Below, one piece after another: positions 9,302 to 18,861 of a DNA stretch of 64,000 bases (positions are counted from its first letter, which is position 1; each line of letters begins with the position of its first letter). The stretch comes from Syntrophomonadaceae bacterium (lineage in GTDB: Bacteria; Bacillota; Syntrophomonadia; Syntrophomonadales; DTU052): positions 28,392 through 92,391 of the forward strand of contig JAAYEQ010000026.1 of assembly GCA_012728655.1 (NCBI GenBank), read 5' to 3'. Both the position numbers and the translations under genes were made by a program. Under the pieces are notes generated by a model that made no database searches, was not told the origin of the DNA, and saw only the letters and a list, made by a program, of their open reading frames with translations.

Positions 9302-10268
9302 ACAGGTCGGTTTTGGGGTAATAGTGTTTAAGGATCTGCTCGGCGGTTTTGCCTTCCTTGGCCATTTCGTAGGCCCCCCACTGGGACATGCCGCACCCGT
9401 GCCCCCAACCGGCGCCGGTGAAGACAACGTTGTTGCCCTTTACCGTTATATCGGTGATCAGGGTTGATCTCAGACGCTCGGGACCCAGTTTGGTCCTGAG
9501 GTCGTAGCCCTTGACGCTTTTGTTGCCGGCAGTAATGTCAATCGCCCGCCCGCTGGGGCCTTTGCGGGTAATCTTGATAGCATTCAAATCAGCACCGCTG
9601 CCAAAGATGGCCTGCAGTTCGGATTTGGGTATCGAAGCCTGCCAGCGGCGCTCCCGTTCCGGCGCATACTTGGCACCGGGAGAGTCAACAACCTCGGTAT
9701 AGGCCCCGGCGATATCCTCGAGTTCGGGAAAACTCTCCTCCAGCGAAGCCGTTTTGGGCCCGGCATAGGAATGGAACAGGGCATAGGCAAATTTTCCGTT
9801 GTAGAGCAAAACCTGGCCCCGGGTCTCCTCAACCGCCTTGGTGATTTCAGGGGTTACCTCCGCCCGGCTGTATGCCTGGAAGTGTTCCGGGAGGTCGCAG
9901 GTATCGGTGTTGTGTTCATTGTGAACCCCGCCGCGTATGATCTTGGCCATGGTCATGGTCCGTGCAACTATGGCCTGGGCCTTCAGCGCTTCCTCGGGGA
10001 ATTTGGGGCCGATCTCGGCGGCCACCACACCCTCCAGATACTTCTCCAAGGGCATTCTTTCTGTGGTATTGTTCTGATGGAGGTAAACGGTAATCTCAGG
10101 TTCTTCATTGTATTTTCTGACTTCCGGTGCCGGGGTTACCGGCTTGCGCGGGGTAGGACCCCGCATTTCCTGGTTCACAATCAGGATTCCCACCAGCAGG
10201 ATGGCAGCGATTGCCAGGAGCCAAAGGGAGGTCTTGTTCTTAAATATATCCTTGAATCCGCTCTGCAT
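9285..10268 (-). CDS. spoIID: stage II sporulation protein D (SpoIID/LytB lytic transglycosylase)
   Basis: N-terminal membrane anchor. C-terminal GAGWGHGCGMSQWGAYEMAKEGKTAEQILKHYYP is diagnostic of SpoIID. SD GGGGGTGA. Confidence 0.9.
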   Translation of the reverse strand: MQSGFKDIFKNKTSLWLLAIAAILLVGILIVNQEMRGPTPRKPVTPAPEVRKYNEEPEITVYLHQNNTTERMPLEKYLEGVVAAEIGPKFPEEALKAQAIVARTMTMAKIIRGGVHNEHNTDTCDLPEHFQAYSRAEVTPEITKAVEETRGQVLLYNGKFAYALFHSYAGPKTASLEESFPELEDIAGAYTEVVDSPGAKYAPERERRWQASIPKSELQAIFGSGADLNAIKITRKGPSGRAIDITAGNKSVKGYDLRTKLGPERLRSTLITDITVKGNNVVFTGAGWGHGCGMSQWGAYEMAKEGKTAEQILKHYYPKTDLFKAWE

Positions 10269-10563
10269 CTTGACTCACCCCCGTCATTTCTGCTCCTAGG
10301 TTCCCCGCCCTTACCGTTTGTTATTCGACAATGCGTCTGCTATCATAATCCTGAAGCCCGGGCTTTCGCCCCGGCATTAAGCGCCGCAAATTTATCTTAT
10401 ACAGGGCTTGTGGTTCCCGAGGAACAACTGCCGGGAGTGGCGAAAACACAGCCCGTATCCGTTTGCAGGCCCAAAACTGGTATGGTTACATTCTCACCGT
10501 GGTAGCAGACTGGATTATGTTTGGAGTCAACGGTTATTTCGGAAACTCTGAGGATGGTGTGGG

Positions 10564-11022
10564 ATGAACATAGTTCTGGTTGAACCGGAAATACCTCAGA
10601 ATACAGGCAATGTCGCCCGTACCTGCGCTCTGACCTACAGTACCCTGCACCTGGTAAGGCCCCTGGGGTTTTCCCTCGAGGACCGCTACCTTAAAAGGGC
10701 CGGTCTTGATTACTGGGAACACGTACAGGTGGTGGTGTGGAACAGTTTCCGGGAGATAGTTGAGGCCAATCCCAACGGGAGGTTCTTTTTGGCTACCACC
10801 AGGGCACACACCAGCTATAATCAGATCAGGTATGAGCCGGACGACTTCCTGGTGTTTGGAAAGGAAACGGCAGGATTGCCCGCCGATATCTTGTCCATGT
10901 TCCCCGAAAGCCACATCCGGATCCCCATGCGTGACCTGGGGCGCTCCCTGAATCTGGCCAACTCGGTGGCCATTATCCTGTATGAGGCCCTGCGGCAGAT
11001 GGGGTACCCGGGGCTGCGGTAA
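10564..11022 (+). CDS. trmL: tRNA (cytidine/uridine-2'-O-)-methyltransferase TrmL (SpoU family)
   Basis: MNIVLVEPEIPQNTGNVARTCA...LKRAGLDYW...NLANSVAIILYEALRQ matches the TrmL/YibK signature. Confidence 0.9.
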   Translation: MNIVLVEPEIPQNTGNVARTCALTYSTLHLVRPLGFSLEDRYLKRAGLDYWEHVQVVVWNSFREIVEANPNGRFFLATTRAHTSYNQIRYEPDDFLVFGKETAGLPADILSMFPESHIRIPMRDLGRSLNLANSVAIILYEALRQMGYPGLR

Positions 11023-11120
11023 AAGGGGCGCCAACCTCCCTGCGGAATGGAATCTCCCGCCAGGCAGGCTTTTCCGGTGGCAAAAACCCTCTGCTGCGGG
11101 GCAAATCCAACATGAAACTA

Positions 11121-11155
11121 AAAGACCTCGTTTGTTTACCGAGGTCTTTCGTTTG
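11121..11155. terminator. bidirectional intrinsic terminator between trmL and the ferredoxin gene
   Basis: Perfect 10-bp stem AAAGACCTCG / CGAGGTCTTT with 9-nt loop. A-rich on the 5' side and T-rich on the 3' side. Confidence 0.65.
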
Positions 11156-11161
11156 GTAGTT

Positions 11162-11338
11162 CTATTCTTCGCCTTCTTTTATAGCTTCGGTGGGACATAC
11201 CTCGGCACACGAGCCGCAATCCGTGCATTTTTCCGGATCGATAACGTATTTGTCCTCGCCCTCGCTTATGGCTTCAACTGCGCATTCGTCAACACAAACG
11301 CCGCAGCTAATGCACTCATCAGTGATTACATGGGCCAT
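11162..11338 (-). CDS. 2x[4Fe-4S] clostridial-type ferredoxin (58 aa, below ORF-track cutoff)
   Basis: Reverse-strand translation: MAHVITDECISCGVCVDECAVEAISEGEDKYVIDPEKCTDCGSCAEVCPTEAIKEGEE*. Two CxxCxxCxxxC(P) motifs. SD GGGGAGGGAG 6 nt upstream. Confidence 0.9.
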   Translation of the reverse strand: MAHVITDECISCGVCVDECAVEAISEGEDKYVIDPEKCTDCGSCAEVCPTEAIKEGEE

Positions 11339-11448
11339 CTATTTCTCCCTCCCCACATTGTTAGATAGTAACGTTATTATATTATCATAATAGGGCAAAT
11401 GAAGCATTATTTCCAGGCAAGAAATGATACGGCTTAGGAGGTTGGAGC

Positions 11449-12093
11449 TTGAGGTTTCTTCTGATGGCGAATGGAGAATATGGAGAGTTGGAGTGGTACC
11501 GGCCATTCAAGGACGATTTTGACCGGATAATTTGCATTGACGGGGGAACCGATCGGGCTATGGCGCTGGGAATAACCCCCTGGCGAGTGGTGGGTGATAT
11601 GGACTCAATTTCGGAGGAGGCCAGGGCTTATGCGACTTCCCTGGGTGCAGCCTTTACCGTGGTGCCGCGGGAGAAGGATAATACCGATTTTCAACTGGCC
11701 CTGGAACTGGCACAAAAGGCTGGAGCCGGAAGTATTGTTGTCTGGGGCGGAACCGGTACGCGCCTTGATCACAGTCTTTCCAATCTTTTCAGCGCCACCA
11801 GCCTGGTCCTGCAGGGTATTGAGGTTTGTTTTTGCTCCCCACGGGAATATGTCTACCTGGTGAGCCGTCATCTGGTCCTGCCGGGGAAGGTTGGGGATAC
11901 GGTATCCCTTATTACCGTGGGAGATGAGGCCGGAGGGGTTACCCTGCGGGGATTTCAGTATCCGCTGGACAACGCGGTTCTCGACGGCCGCTGGCAGTGT
12001 GCCGTATCCAACGTCATTGTCGAACCAAATCCCGAAGTGACAGTCGGAAGCGGGGTAGTAGCTGTTATTCATTATCATGGGGAATTACCGTGA
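11449..12093 (+). CDS. thiN: thiamine pyrophosphokinase
   Basis: TTG start with SD AGGAGG. IICIDGG...VVGDMDSI...KDNTDFQLALE...GGTGTRLDHSLSN matches the TPK catalytic and thiamine-binding motifs. Confidence 0.85.
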   Translation: MRFLLMANGEYGELEWYRPFKDDFDRIICIDGGTDRAMALGITPWRVVGDMDSISEEARAYATSLGAAFTVVPREKDNTDFQLALELAQKAGAGSIVVWGGTGTRLDHSLSNLFSATSLVLQGIEVCFCSPREYVYLVSRHLVLPGKVGDTVSLITVGDEAGGVTLRGFQYPLDNAVLDGRWQCAVSNVIVEPNPEVTVGSGVVAVIHYHGELP

Positions 12094-12307
12094 ACAAGCC
12101 CGGATTATAATGTTAAATGCGCCTCACAACCGGGCACCGAATAATTAAACCACATCTCGCCCAGAATAAGTTTATCAGCATAAAAAGAAGGGGCGCCGGA
12201 CCCGTTTTCATCTCGGCCCTGCAGCAGCCGGGATTCGAAGAGCCGCCCGGTTTGAATGGGCAGGGTTAATTCGGGAGCCTTGGAAGGAGGTTGTAACAGA
12301 GATTAAG

Positions 12308-12577
12308 ATGGGAAAGCCATTGGGACCAGTTATGGACAAGAAAGACTTTATGAGTAATGGGATTTTTGACAAGGAACCCTATGAAGGACTGTTGATAAGC
12401 GCCCGTCCAGACGGCAAGCTGGATATCGGGATCCAGCTCACCGAAGATAAAGTTCTCAAGGTTGACGAGGCGTACGGTGAGGAGGTACGGGATAAGATCG
12501 CTCACTGGACGCCGCAGATCCTCGCTATCCAGAGGCAATGGGGAGAAAATCCCGATCTCCAGAATTACGACGGTTAG
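12308..12577 (+). CDS. hypothetical protein (89 aa)
   Basis: SD GGAAGGAGG upstream. Followed by hairpin GCGGAGGTG/CACCTCCGC at 12579-12600. No recognisable motif. Confidence 0.55.
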   Translation: MGKPLGPVMDKKDFMSNGIFDKEPYEGLLISARPDGKLDIGIQLTEDKVLKVDEAYGEEVRDKIAHWTPQILAIQRQWGENPDLQNYDG

Positions 12578-12909
12578 CGGCGGAGGTGGACTCACCTCCG
12601 CTTCTGACTGTTGGAGCCAGCCAAACCCCACTTACCTTCTCTTCCCGCCATGCGGCCCCGGCATCAATGCCGTTGCCCGTGCGGCAGGAGTCCATTTTCT
12701 TCTTTAGCCCAACTACTACTCGAACACATTGGCCGGCACTGCCTAAGATGGCACCCAAAAGTATGTAAGCTGTAACTTGGTAAGTGTCCGTTTTTAACCC
12801 CCCTTTTATAAAAAGATGGTTATGACGGGCGGAGGTTTACCTCCGCCGAGGTTTGAAGGCAAGCAGAATCCTGCTGTCCTCTCATACCAGACTGGTGTAC
12901 CGACCTCAA

Positions 12910-14097
12910 CTAGAAGAAAACACCGACCCTGTTTTGCAAAAACTCCTCACAATCGGGGACCACTTCCATCTCAATAGCCTTCGGTTTGCAAACCACGACG
13001 CATTGAGCACAGCCGATGCAGCGATGAGCATTTCGGGTATATGTATTATTGACAACGTCAACCGTAACGGCGCCCATCGGGCAGGCGAGGGCACATTTAC
13101 CGCAGTAATTGCACCTGTCCAAATCAACCCTGGGAACAAAGTGCGGCGGTGCGATGCTTGCCGGCGCATTAAACTCAGATACCCTTCTCATAAAATGACA
13201 GCAGTCGCCGCAACAGGAACAGGATGTACCTCCGACTGAAGGATCGCTGGCGTCAATCCAGGTCACCAATCCATTGGCCTCGGCTTCCGCCTTGATTTCC
13301 AGGGCATCTTTCATGGTAATGCGCCGCGACCTTCCCCCTCTGATTGACATTTCGGCAACCGGTCCGAGAGTTATGCACACTTCCATTGGTTTTCCGCATC
13401 CCCGTTCCACGACTTTTTCAGTAATGCGGCACTGGCACAGGGTTAAGCCAAAGGACTTGTACCGGGAATAGACTTCTTCAAGCTTATCGGAAGGATATGC
13501 CATGGGGTTGTTTCTGATTACCTTGCCCATCGGAACATATTTTATGACTGCCGGTTTCTTGGGTTCGTGATCAACGATATAGCCGGTCTCATAAAGCTTC
13601 TCAAATAGCTCACAGAAGCGGCGATGCCACTCGGTGAGGCTGTCCAGGGACTGGCGGGCAAGAACAAACTCGAAAGCCCCGGGCAGAATAGGAATCACCA
13701 TGTATACAGCAGCTTCTCCTTCGCCCAGGCGGAGGATGACATGCTTTTCTTCGGCTATACTGTACAGAATCCTGTTAATTTCCTCAATCGGCAGGTTTTC
13801 CGCCTCAGCCAGCGATTGGGCGGTCTGGGGGATGCCAGGCTTAAAATGCCTCACCACCATGGCTTCCTCTTCAGTAAAGATGTGTTGGATCAGGGCAATG
13901 GATTCATCACATATGGGGACACCGCCCCCGAGATTTTTGTCCGCGTACAGTTGTGCAACCTCCAGATGGGCTTTGGCGACCCCGGGATAATCGTTTACCG
14001 TCTTGACTTTAACGGTTTTGGTCCGGGGCTCGCGTGGACCAATAACACCGTCTTTCACCTGAATCATCCGGTTACGGGCAACTATGGGTTTACTCAT
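12910..14097 (-). CDS. Fe-S protein with C-terminal 2x[4Fe-4S] ferredoxin domain and additional Cys clusters
   Basis: 395 aa. Motifs CNYCGKCALACP and CIGCAQCVVVC, plus CSCCGDCCHF and CQCRITEKVVERGCGKPMEVC. Function of the N-terminal half not recognised. Confidence 0.7.
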   Translation of the reverse strand: MSKPIVARNRMIQVKDGVIGPREPRTKTVKVKTVNDYPGVAKAHLEVAQLYADKNLGGGVPICDESIALIQHIFTEEEAMVVRHFKPGIPQTAQSLAEAENLPIEEINRILYSIAEEKHVILRLGEGEAAVYMVIPILPGAFEFVLARQSLDSLTEWHRRFCELFEKLYETGYIVDHEPKKPAVIKYVPMGKVIRNNPMAYPSDKLEEVYSRYKSFGLTLCQCRITEKVVERGCGKPMEVCITLGPVAEMSIRGGRSRRITMKDALEIKAEAEANGLVTWIDASDPSVGGTSCSCCGDCCHFMRRVSEFNAPASIAPPHFVPRVDLDRCNYCGKCALACPMGAVTVDVVNNTYTRNAHRCIGCAQCVVVCKPKAIEMEVVPDCEEFLQNRVGVFF

Positions 14098-14788
14098 TTA
14101 TAACCCTCCTTTTTGGTATTTTTTGATTTACAAAAAACGGATTTAATCCAACTCAAAAAGACTTGTACATGATGAAAAACGGTGTTGTTTTTCGGAGATA
14201 AACAGCGTGAGTTTCATATTTGTTGTCAGAGAAATGGTAACCAACGGTTACTCTGGGAAAGCGATGCCGGGTGAGATCAATGCCTGCGAAAGGAAACAAA
14301 GGCTTACGATAAACATTGCTCAGCGTGGCACCATAATTATCCTATACTGTCACAATAATCAAATACGCCGCAAACGTCAAGCTCAGCAATAAGCCTCCAG
14401 GTATCCAAAAATGACCGCCAGAGGGTTCAGAAAAAGTGTTGCAAGAATCTTTTTGAGCTGTCCTTAAAAATAAGTAATTCGCATCTCACTGTTGATATCA
14501 CTGTTATCTGTTTTATAGTTGCCGTTTTCGCTGGGAATGAACTTCAAACCAAAGTTGGGGAACCACGGCACTATTTTGCTGGATTATGGTAACACATCTT
14601 TTTACGGGTAAGCAGTATGCTGCGGGGGACTCATTATGAATAATATTGATCCCAAGTGCGGACCAACGCATAGTTTATAATCCAGACAAGAAAGGTACTC
14701 CAGGAGTATTTTGGAAACTGGAGGAATACGGGATGGTTGCCGAATAGGCAATTAGATGCTTAGATTTCGGCTCTCTCAAGAAATAAAA

Positions 14789-14865
14789 TGGTCGGGATGA
14801 CAGGATTTGAACCTGCGACCTTCTGGTCCCGAACCAGACGCGCTACCAAGCTGCGCTACATCCCG
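14789..14865 (-). tRNA. tRNA-Pro: tRNA-Pro (anticodon CGG)
   Basis: Reverse complement: CGGGATG TA GCGC AGCTTGGTA GCGC G TCTGG TTCGGGA CCAGA AGGTC GCAGG TTCAAAT CCTGT CATCCCG A CCA. Full cloverleaf, 77 nt, encoded CCA. Confidence 0.95.
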
Positions 14866-15060
14866 ACGCTCTATATTCTAACACCGCAAATGAGTTTAGG
14901 CAAGGGCAAGCAAGCCTGCATCTCGCGCAGGCTTGCTTCACGTGGTGCAGGCTGCTTTTCAGGGGGAGTTGTGTTTTATAGCCCATGAATACTTCGGCCG
15001 AATCGGCAATTTGGGCCGGGATGCCAAATCGGCCTGGTATGCGCGGCGCTAACAACGGCA

Positions 15061-16047
15061 TTATTGCTGAATCATATCTGGATCTCTGCTCCAGGGCTTA
15101 TCCATGACCACATGCTCAATGGACAGGGGTTTGCCTTCCACCGTGATCTGGACCTGGTCGATATTATCAAGTTCCGTCAGGGTGGCTACAATGGAGTGGA
15201 TGGTCATTGCTTCCCCGGCAGCTCCGCCCGCATGCTTGGAGTGCATTTCCGAAGAAAAGTCGATAAAAGCGGTGTCGCCCTTCACCGTGACTGAACGGAC
15301 AGCGGCCTCGGTCGGTATGGTACGGCGAAGCTCGCTGTTGCGCGGACCCTTGATTAGCTCGTTGACAATCATTTTGAGATACCCGGCAACACTGATATTA
15401 CTTGGGACCGATATGGTTCTGGTTTCCGGGACCACCTTGGTGGCGTCCTGATTGGCAAAATAGAGGGTAATATTCCTTTTCACTTCGGACGGACCGGGCT
15501 TGGCCGGAGCGGACGCTGACGAACGATTTTCTTCGGTCGAAGTTCCAGGCTGCATGGGGAAGGTTTTCATCCATCCCCGGGGCAAGCCACTCGGTCCCTT
15601 TAATTCTTCACCCTCTACCAGGATTTTGACCTCATCGATTTCGTCAAACTGAGTCAGGGTGTTGACAAAAGCGCCTATCCCCAGGATTTCGGCCATGGTG
15701 CCATCGAAACGAGCAAAGTCGTCACTGACATCGACGATCAGCTTGTCGTCCTGCTTGATGGTCCCGTAAACTTTGGTATTCGGCGAAATGTTGACCCGGT
15801 AATCGTCATCTTTGGGACCCTTGAGCAAAGCTTTCAGGACGGCGGTGTACTTGTCTTCCCCGGCTTTGATTGTAATCTGTCGCTCTTCGGTTACCAGTCT
15901 TTCGTTATCCTCGTCGGCGAAATAGAGCTTAACTGTCTCGACTGTTTGCTCGGGCCGCTGGGGAACATTTTCCTGTTCCTGGGCACACCCGGCGAGCATT
16001 GTAGCCAGCAAAACTGATGCCATTAACAGAGACAACCGTTTAACCAT
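15061..16047 (-). CDS. gerM: GerM-like sporulation/germination lipoprotein (two GerMN domains)
   Basis: Start moved to ATG 16047 (SD GGAAAGGAGTG). Signal peptide MVKRLSLLMASVLLATMLAGC with lipobox. Two repeated GerMN-like halves (LYFAD.../LYFANQ...). Confidence 0.8.
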   Translation of the reverse strand: MVKRLSLLMASVLLATMLAGCAQEQENVPQRPEQTVETVKLYFADEDNERLVTEERQITIKAGEDKYTAVLKALLKGPKDDDYRVNISPNTKVYGTIKQDDKLIVDVSDDFARFDGTMAEILGIGAFVNTLTQFDEIDEVKILVEGEELKGPSGLPRGWMKTFPMQPGTSTEENRSSASAPAKPGPSEVKRNITLYFANQDATKVVPETRTISVPSNISVAGYLKMIVNELIKGPRNSELRRTIPTEAAVRSVTVKGDTAFIDFSSEMHSKHAGGAAGEAMTIHSIVATLTELDNIDQVQITVEGKPLSIEHVVMDKPWSRDPDMIQQ

Positions 16048-16344
16048 ATAACTCACTCCTTTCCTGTAACTAGTATGCTCCAACCAGGTTGATTCTTGCG
16101 TATAAACATTACGCAACCCTCTAACCCGGCATAAACGACGTAAATTTACATGCATGGTTAATCAATGGGCAGAATCATGCTAAATCTTGGTGAAAAACCA
16201 TAATTATGCAGGAATATTAACATGATGGAAGAAGTAATACAATAGAATACTTCCTGCCTGAGCAAGCCTTCGCTGCATTATCCTAAAACCAGTCAAAGCC
16301 GGATTTTTGACAGTTGGAAAAGCCGGATAATAGGGGGAACGATC

Positions 16345-18861
16345 TTGAATCGTTTGGAGAGAAACTACGTTGTTTCCACCATCGGGTTAGGAGCAGCTGT
16401 TAGCAGCCTTTTTGGTCTGGCCTTCTGCTGGCTGCTGGGACTTTCCGATATCCGTCTGATTGTTTCGGGTACTGCTGCCTACATGGTGGGCGGGGGCTTG
16501 ATAACTGTCTTTGCGGTAAGGCGAAACCTGCGCAACTGCATACGGCCGATCGGGGTAATGACCGAATTCTTGGAATCCATCAGTCAGGGAATACTTAACC
16601 GGTCCCTGGCAGAATATGACTTTAAAATGCTTGAACCGGTGAAAGAAGCATTGATTCATATGAGTGGTCAGATCAACCTGCTGATGACAAACATCATGGA
16701 TTGTTCCGCAAACATTGAGCAATTGGCAGCCTCAACTGTGGTGCTGGAAGAGAACTCAAGGTCGGCGGAGGAACAGATTCAAGAAACGATGACTATGGGC
16801 GTGTCGCTGACCGAGGAGAACCAAAAACAGAAGGAAACAATACGAAGTATTATTCTTCAAATGGCAAAGATCCGGGAAATACTGGCCCGAACCGAGACGG
16901 AATCCCGGCAGATATTGGACCTGTTGCAGGTTACAGATGTAAGCGGCTACACCGGCAATGACACCCTGGATGAGGTCGAGGAGGTGGTTCGGGAGCTGCG
17001 AAGCGAGTCCCAGACCATGCTTAAAGCTCTGGGTTTGATTGAGGAAACGGTTCGGTTCACCAATCTCTTGGGGCTCAATGCCTCCATTGAGGCCAGCCGG
17101 GTTGGCAAAACCGGTTTTATGACCGTGGCGGATGAGATTCGCAAACTGGCCGAGCAATCCCTGGTATCGGCTGAACAGATCAAGGCACTGATAACAGGGA
17201 TGCAGGAAAACATTGCGGCGGTGGAAGCGGAACTGAAAAAGACCAGGCAGTTTTTGTTGAACAGGGATATTGAACAGAACTACGAGGTGATTAACGCAAC
17301 TGCGCAGGCGTTGACTTCAATTTCTTCTCGTATTCAATCGATCCTAGACTTCACCCGATCGGCCAACGAACAGGCCAACTCCATTGCCGGCAGCCTGGAC
17401 GAAGTGGACCGCCAAGCGGACCGGACCTTGACCAGCTTGAACCGGATTGTCAGGGGCATGGAAGAGCAGCTCTCCCTTATCAGAACCATTCAAAACCTTG
17501 GTTTTGCTCATCTGGTATCCGGTATAAAAAACACCATGGCCGGCTACGTTTTAGGGGAAAAAGAAGAAATCGGGGCCGGCGAATGGAAAGGGCACGATTT
17601 AATGGAGATTGGGAAGACCTATCGCCAGAAGACGGTGATCTTTGCCGTGGTTATGGCGGCGACGGTGTTTGGCCCGTTGACGGTACTGGCAGCCGGGCAG
17701 AGAACTATGGAGGCAATTCTCATCGGGGTTCTATGGGGAGGGCTGGCAGGCGGAGTTATCGCGTGGGTTTTGGCTTCCATGAATGTAAAGAAAATAATCG
17801 AACCGGCTGTGTTGTTGATTGATCACGCGCAGGCGATTGCCGCCGGGGACTTGAACCGCGAACTTACGGGATCACTGGGGAACTTGAGCCGGTTGGGCCG
17901 CAGGTTTAATGATATGGTTAAACAAATACGCGAAACAGTGGGTGAGATATCAAATATCGCCGATTCCGTCAGAAACACGGCCCGGCGGACCATAGACACG
18001 GCCGACCGCGCCATGAGGACCTGGGATGAAATTGCCGGTGAAGCGAACAAACTGACCGGGAATGCGCGGGCTCAGACCATGGGCTTGGAGATCGTCGGCC
18101 GAGAGATTGCGGGGATTGCAGAAGCGATTCAGGGGGTGGCCCGGGAAGCCGATTTGATGCATCACGAAATGCAAAAAACCGTCGGCATTGCGCAGGAGGG
18201 TTTGAGCAACGCTGTCTTGCAGAAGTCAAAAGCCCGGGAGACCTCGCTGTCGGTGGGACGGGTTTCCGAAGTAGTGGCAAGACTGCAGGATGACTCGGAC
18301 CGGATCAGCGAGGTGGTTAGAGTTATTTCCGATATCGCGAGTCAAACCAGTCTGCTGGCGTTTAATGCCGCCATTGAGTCCAGCCGAGCCGGATTGTCGG
18401 GCCGTGCATTCGGGGTGCTGGCGGAAGAGACCCGCGTCTTATCGCAGGAGGCAGCCGGGGCAACTCAGGAAATTGGGGGTACCGTGCCCAGGGTACAGGA
18501 TATAATCGAGCGAGTCGTTTCCAAGATGCAGCAGGTGCAGACCGATCTGGAGAATCAGGTCAGGATTATAGGAGAGAGCGAAGAGGTCCTCGCGCGGATT
18601 GAAAGCCAGGCGCAGCGTATAAGGGATCAATCGCTGCAAATAATGAATACCGTGCGTTCTCTGGTGGAACTGCGGGAGAGCGTGGTTATGGATGCCGGAA
18701 AGGTTGCAGCTTTCAGTGAAGAAACCGTAGCCGGCGCGGAGGAGGTCTTCACCGTGATCGAGGACCAGACCCAGACTTATCACATGATTAAGGAGATTGC
18801 CGAACAATTCCTCTCCAATTCGGAACAACTGAGATGTCAGATTACCTCGGGTGGAGCCTGA
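16345..18861 (+). CDS. methyl-accepting chemotaxis-like protein with two tandem TM-HAMP-MCP signalling modules
   Basis: 838 aa. Module 1: 2 TM, HAMP-like segment, tip NLLGLNASIEASRVGKTGFMTVADEIRKLAEQS (nt 17053-17160). Module 2: 2 TM (aa about 430-480), HAMP (AIAAGDLNREL...FNDMV), tip TSLLAFNAAIESSRAGLSGRAFGVLAEETRVLSQEA (nt 18334-18450). Confidence 0.8.
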   Translation: MNRLERNYVVSTIGLGAAVSSLFGLAFCWLLGLSDIRLIVSGTAAYMVGGGLITVFAVRRNLRNCIRPIGVMTEFLESISQGILNRSLAEYDFKMLEPVKEALIHMSGQINLLMTNIMDCSANIEQLAASTVVLEENSRSAEEQIQETMTMGVSLTEENQKQKETIRSIILQMAKIREILARTETESRQILDLLQVTDVSGYTGNDTLDEVEEVVRELRSESQTMLKALGLIEETVRFTNLLGLNASIEASRVGKTGFMTVADEIRKLAEQSLVSAEQIKALITGMQENIAAVEAELKKTRQFLLNRDIEQNYEVINATAQALTSISSRIQSILDFTRSANEQANSIAGSLDEVDRQADRTLTSLNRIVRGMEEQLSLIRTIQNLGFAHLVSGIKNTMAGYVLGEKEEIGAGEWKGHDLMEIGKTYRQKTVIFAVVMAATVFGPLTVLAAGQRTMEAILIGVLWGGLAGGVIAWVLASMNVKKIIEPAVLLIDHAQAIAAGDLNRELTGSLGNLSRLGRRFNDMVKQIRETVGEISNIADSVRNTARRTIDTADRAMRTWDEIAGEANKLTGNARAQTMGLEIVGREIAGIAEAIQGVAREADLMHHEMQKTVGIAQEGLSNAVLQKSKARETSLSVGRVSEVVARLQDDSDRISEVVRVISDIASQTSLLAFNAAIESSRAGLSGRAFGVLAEETRVLSQEAAGATQEIGGTVPRVQDIIERVVSKMQQVQTDLENQVRIIGESEEVLARIESQAQRIRDQSLQIMNTVRSLVELRESVVMDAGKVAAFSEETVAGAEEVFTVIEDQTQTYHMIKEIAEQFLSNSEQLRCQITSGGA

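Noticed and set aside
12579-12845. Two similar hairpins (GCGGAGGTG/CACCTCCGC at 12579-12600 and GGCGGAGGT/ACCTCCGCC at 12826-12845) as a possible repeat element
   Set aside because: Their positions fit ordinary terminators of the two convergent genes. The similarity is limited to a short GGAGG-type stem.
14326-14341. TGGCACcataaTTATC, a possible second sigma54 promoter
   Set aside because: The -24 box is good but the -12 box lacks the GC dinucleotide (TTATC instead of TTGC). No plus-strand gene follows for about 2 kb.
14098-14865. Integrated mobile element at tRNA-Pro
   Set aside because: There is no integrase, no phage or transposon genes, and no duplicated tRNA 3' segment in the window. 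Only the AT-rich spacer is reported, as a low-interest finding.
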